Part shown: piece by piece, positions 62,680 through 64,000 of the stretch
Layout of the letters: every line of letters starts with the position of its first letter
Position numbering within the stretch: position 1 is the first letter of the stretch
Assembly: GCA_951406725.2 (NCBI GenBank)
Contig: OX597824.1
Span: forward strand, 54,188,001 to 54,252,000
DNA: 64,000 nucleotides
From: Octopus vulgaris
Lineage: Eukaryota
Direction: 5' to 3'
Made by a program: the position numbers and the translations under genes
Notes under the pieces: model-generated
What the model was told of the DNA's origin: nothing
The model's input: only the letters and a program-made list of their open reading frames with translations
Database searches by the model: none

Positions 62680-64000
62680 TTTTTTTTTTCTTCTTTCAAA
62701 TTTTCTTCCATTTCTTGCCGAGTGTCTTCCCGACTCCTAGGGCAAAGAAACTCATAGTGTATATTGGTAGGCCATTAAACCAAACTCAGTAGTTCGTTCA
62801 TTTTTTTTTTTTTTTTTTTTTAAAGTTAAATTAAAATACATGAGCAGCAACAGTTCTCACATCGACAATGCTCTTCTCAATACGTGTGATGTACCAGTTA
62901 AGACAATCTTTTGCACTTCTTGCAGGGATTGTAAGCCAGGGATCATTCTCATATAATTTTCGGTTCCCTTCTTGATCATTCCTAGTGCTCCTACGATCAC
63001 TGGTATTGTAACCGCCTTGAGATGCCACATTTTCTCAATTTCAATGAGTAGGTCTTTATATTTTCTGAGCTTGTCAAACTCTTTCGCTGAGATATTATGA
63101 TCACAGGGGATGCTCATGTCGATCAATAAGCAAACTTTATTGTTTTGGTCTTTCACAACAATATCTGGTTTATTGGCCTTGATGGTTCGGTCTGTATGTA
63201 CTGGAAAGTCCCACAGAATGGTTACATTTTCTCCTTCAGTTACAGCCTCAGGGTGGTGATTATACCACTTGTCGGCAGTTTTGATATTGTAATGCCGACT
63301 TATTAGCCAGTGGAGATATTGGCCAACTCTGTCATGTCTTAATTTATACTCCACTGGTGCTAAGACTTTACATCCAGAGATTAGGTGGTCCACTGTTTCA
63401 ATCATGTCGTTGCAGAATCGGCATTTTGGGTCTGCTCCATTTTTCATAACATTGGCCTGGTAGTTCCGGGTTAATAGGCTTTGGTCTTGAGCAGCCAGGA
63501 TGAAACCTTCGCTCTCTGCTTTTAGCCCTGAGCTCCGCAGCCACTGATGGGTTTGCTTCTGGTCAACATCAGCTTGTTTGCTGCGGGTCACATATTTGCC
63601 GTGCAGAGGTTTCTCCTCCCACCTATCAGCCAATTGCTCGTGCGCTTTTTTCATTGCCATCATTTTCACCTTCTTTGCAACAATAGTTGCCGTACTTCCC
63701 TCGGGTTGTTCAGTTTGGGTATCCTGCACGAGATCAATAGCAAATTTTTTGCTTTCCTTGATGATAGAATGAAGCTTCTTTCGTCTCTCGTGATTTTCCA
63801 CGAGCTTTAGCATCCAGTCATTCGATATTTCGAGATATTTGGCCAGTCCAATTGTGGTTGTTTTGTAAGCTAGTTCAAATTGGATCAGGCCTCGACCTCC
63901 TTGGGCTCTGGGAAGGTAAAGGTGATCTACGTCTGCCTTTGGGTGGTGCATCCTATTACAACTCAGCAGCTTGCGTATTTTTCTATCTATATTCTTTACT
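62680..64000 (-). mobile_element. R4/Dong-clade retrotransposon 3' part, continuing beyond the window
   Basis: Uninterrupted ORF 62857-63951 with CCHC knuckle and RLE motifs; 3' UTR homologous to 51400-51475; abuts (TTA)n. Confidence 0.9.

Overview
Repeat-dense, AT-rich metazoan genomic DNA. The repeat families (RTE LINE, Nin-type SINEs, very dense microsatellites) look like those of an Octopus or related coleoid cephalopod; this assignment is from recall, not a search. Host genes: the last three coding exons of a GPATCH11-like gene on the + strand (14079-14192, 16842-16923, 21354-21415) and one intact tRNA-Ala(TGC) at 29195-29266. The rest is mostly transposon-derived: a near full-length but disrupted RTE LINE with a PHD-type finger inside its RT, about a dozen truncated RTE copies, two R4/Dong-type RLE retroelements in (TAA)n repeats, a complete but inactivated hAT transposon (8-bp TSD), Helitron derivatives, Tc1/mariner MITEs and Penelope-like (GIY-YIG) remnants. 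The most striking hidden structure is a set of sequence-unrelated fold-back elements whose inverted arms carry type I hammerhead ribozyme motifs. These always read outward from the centre and usually have a long helix II and a palindromic loop III. One has a compensatory G3-C8 swap of the conserved C3-G8 core pair. Most short ORFs in the supplied track are microsatellite or antisense artefacts.
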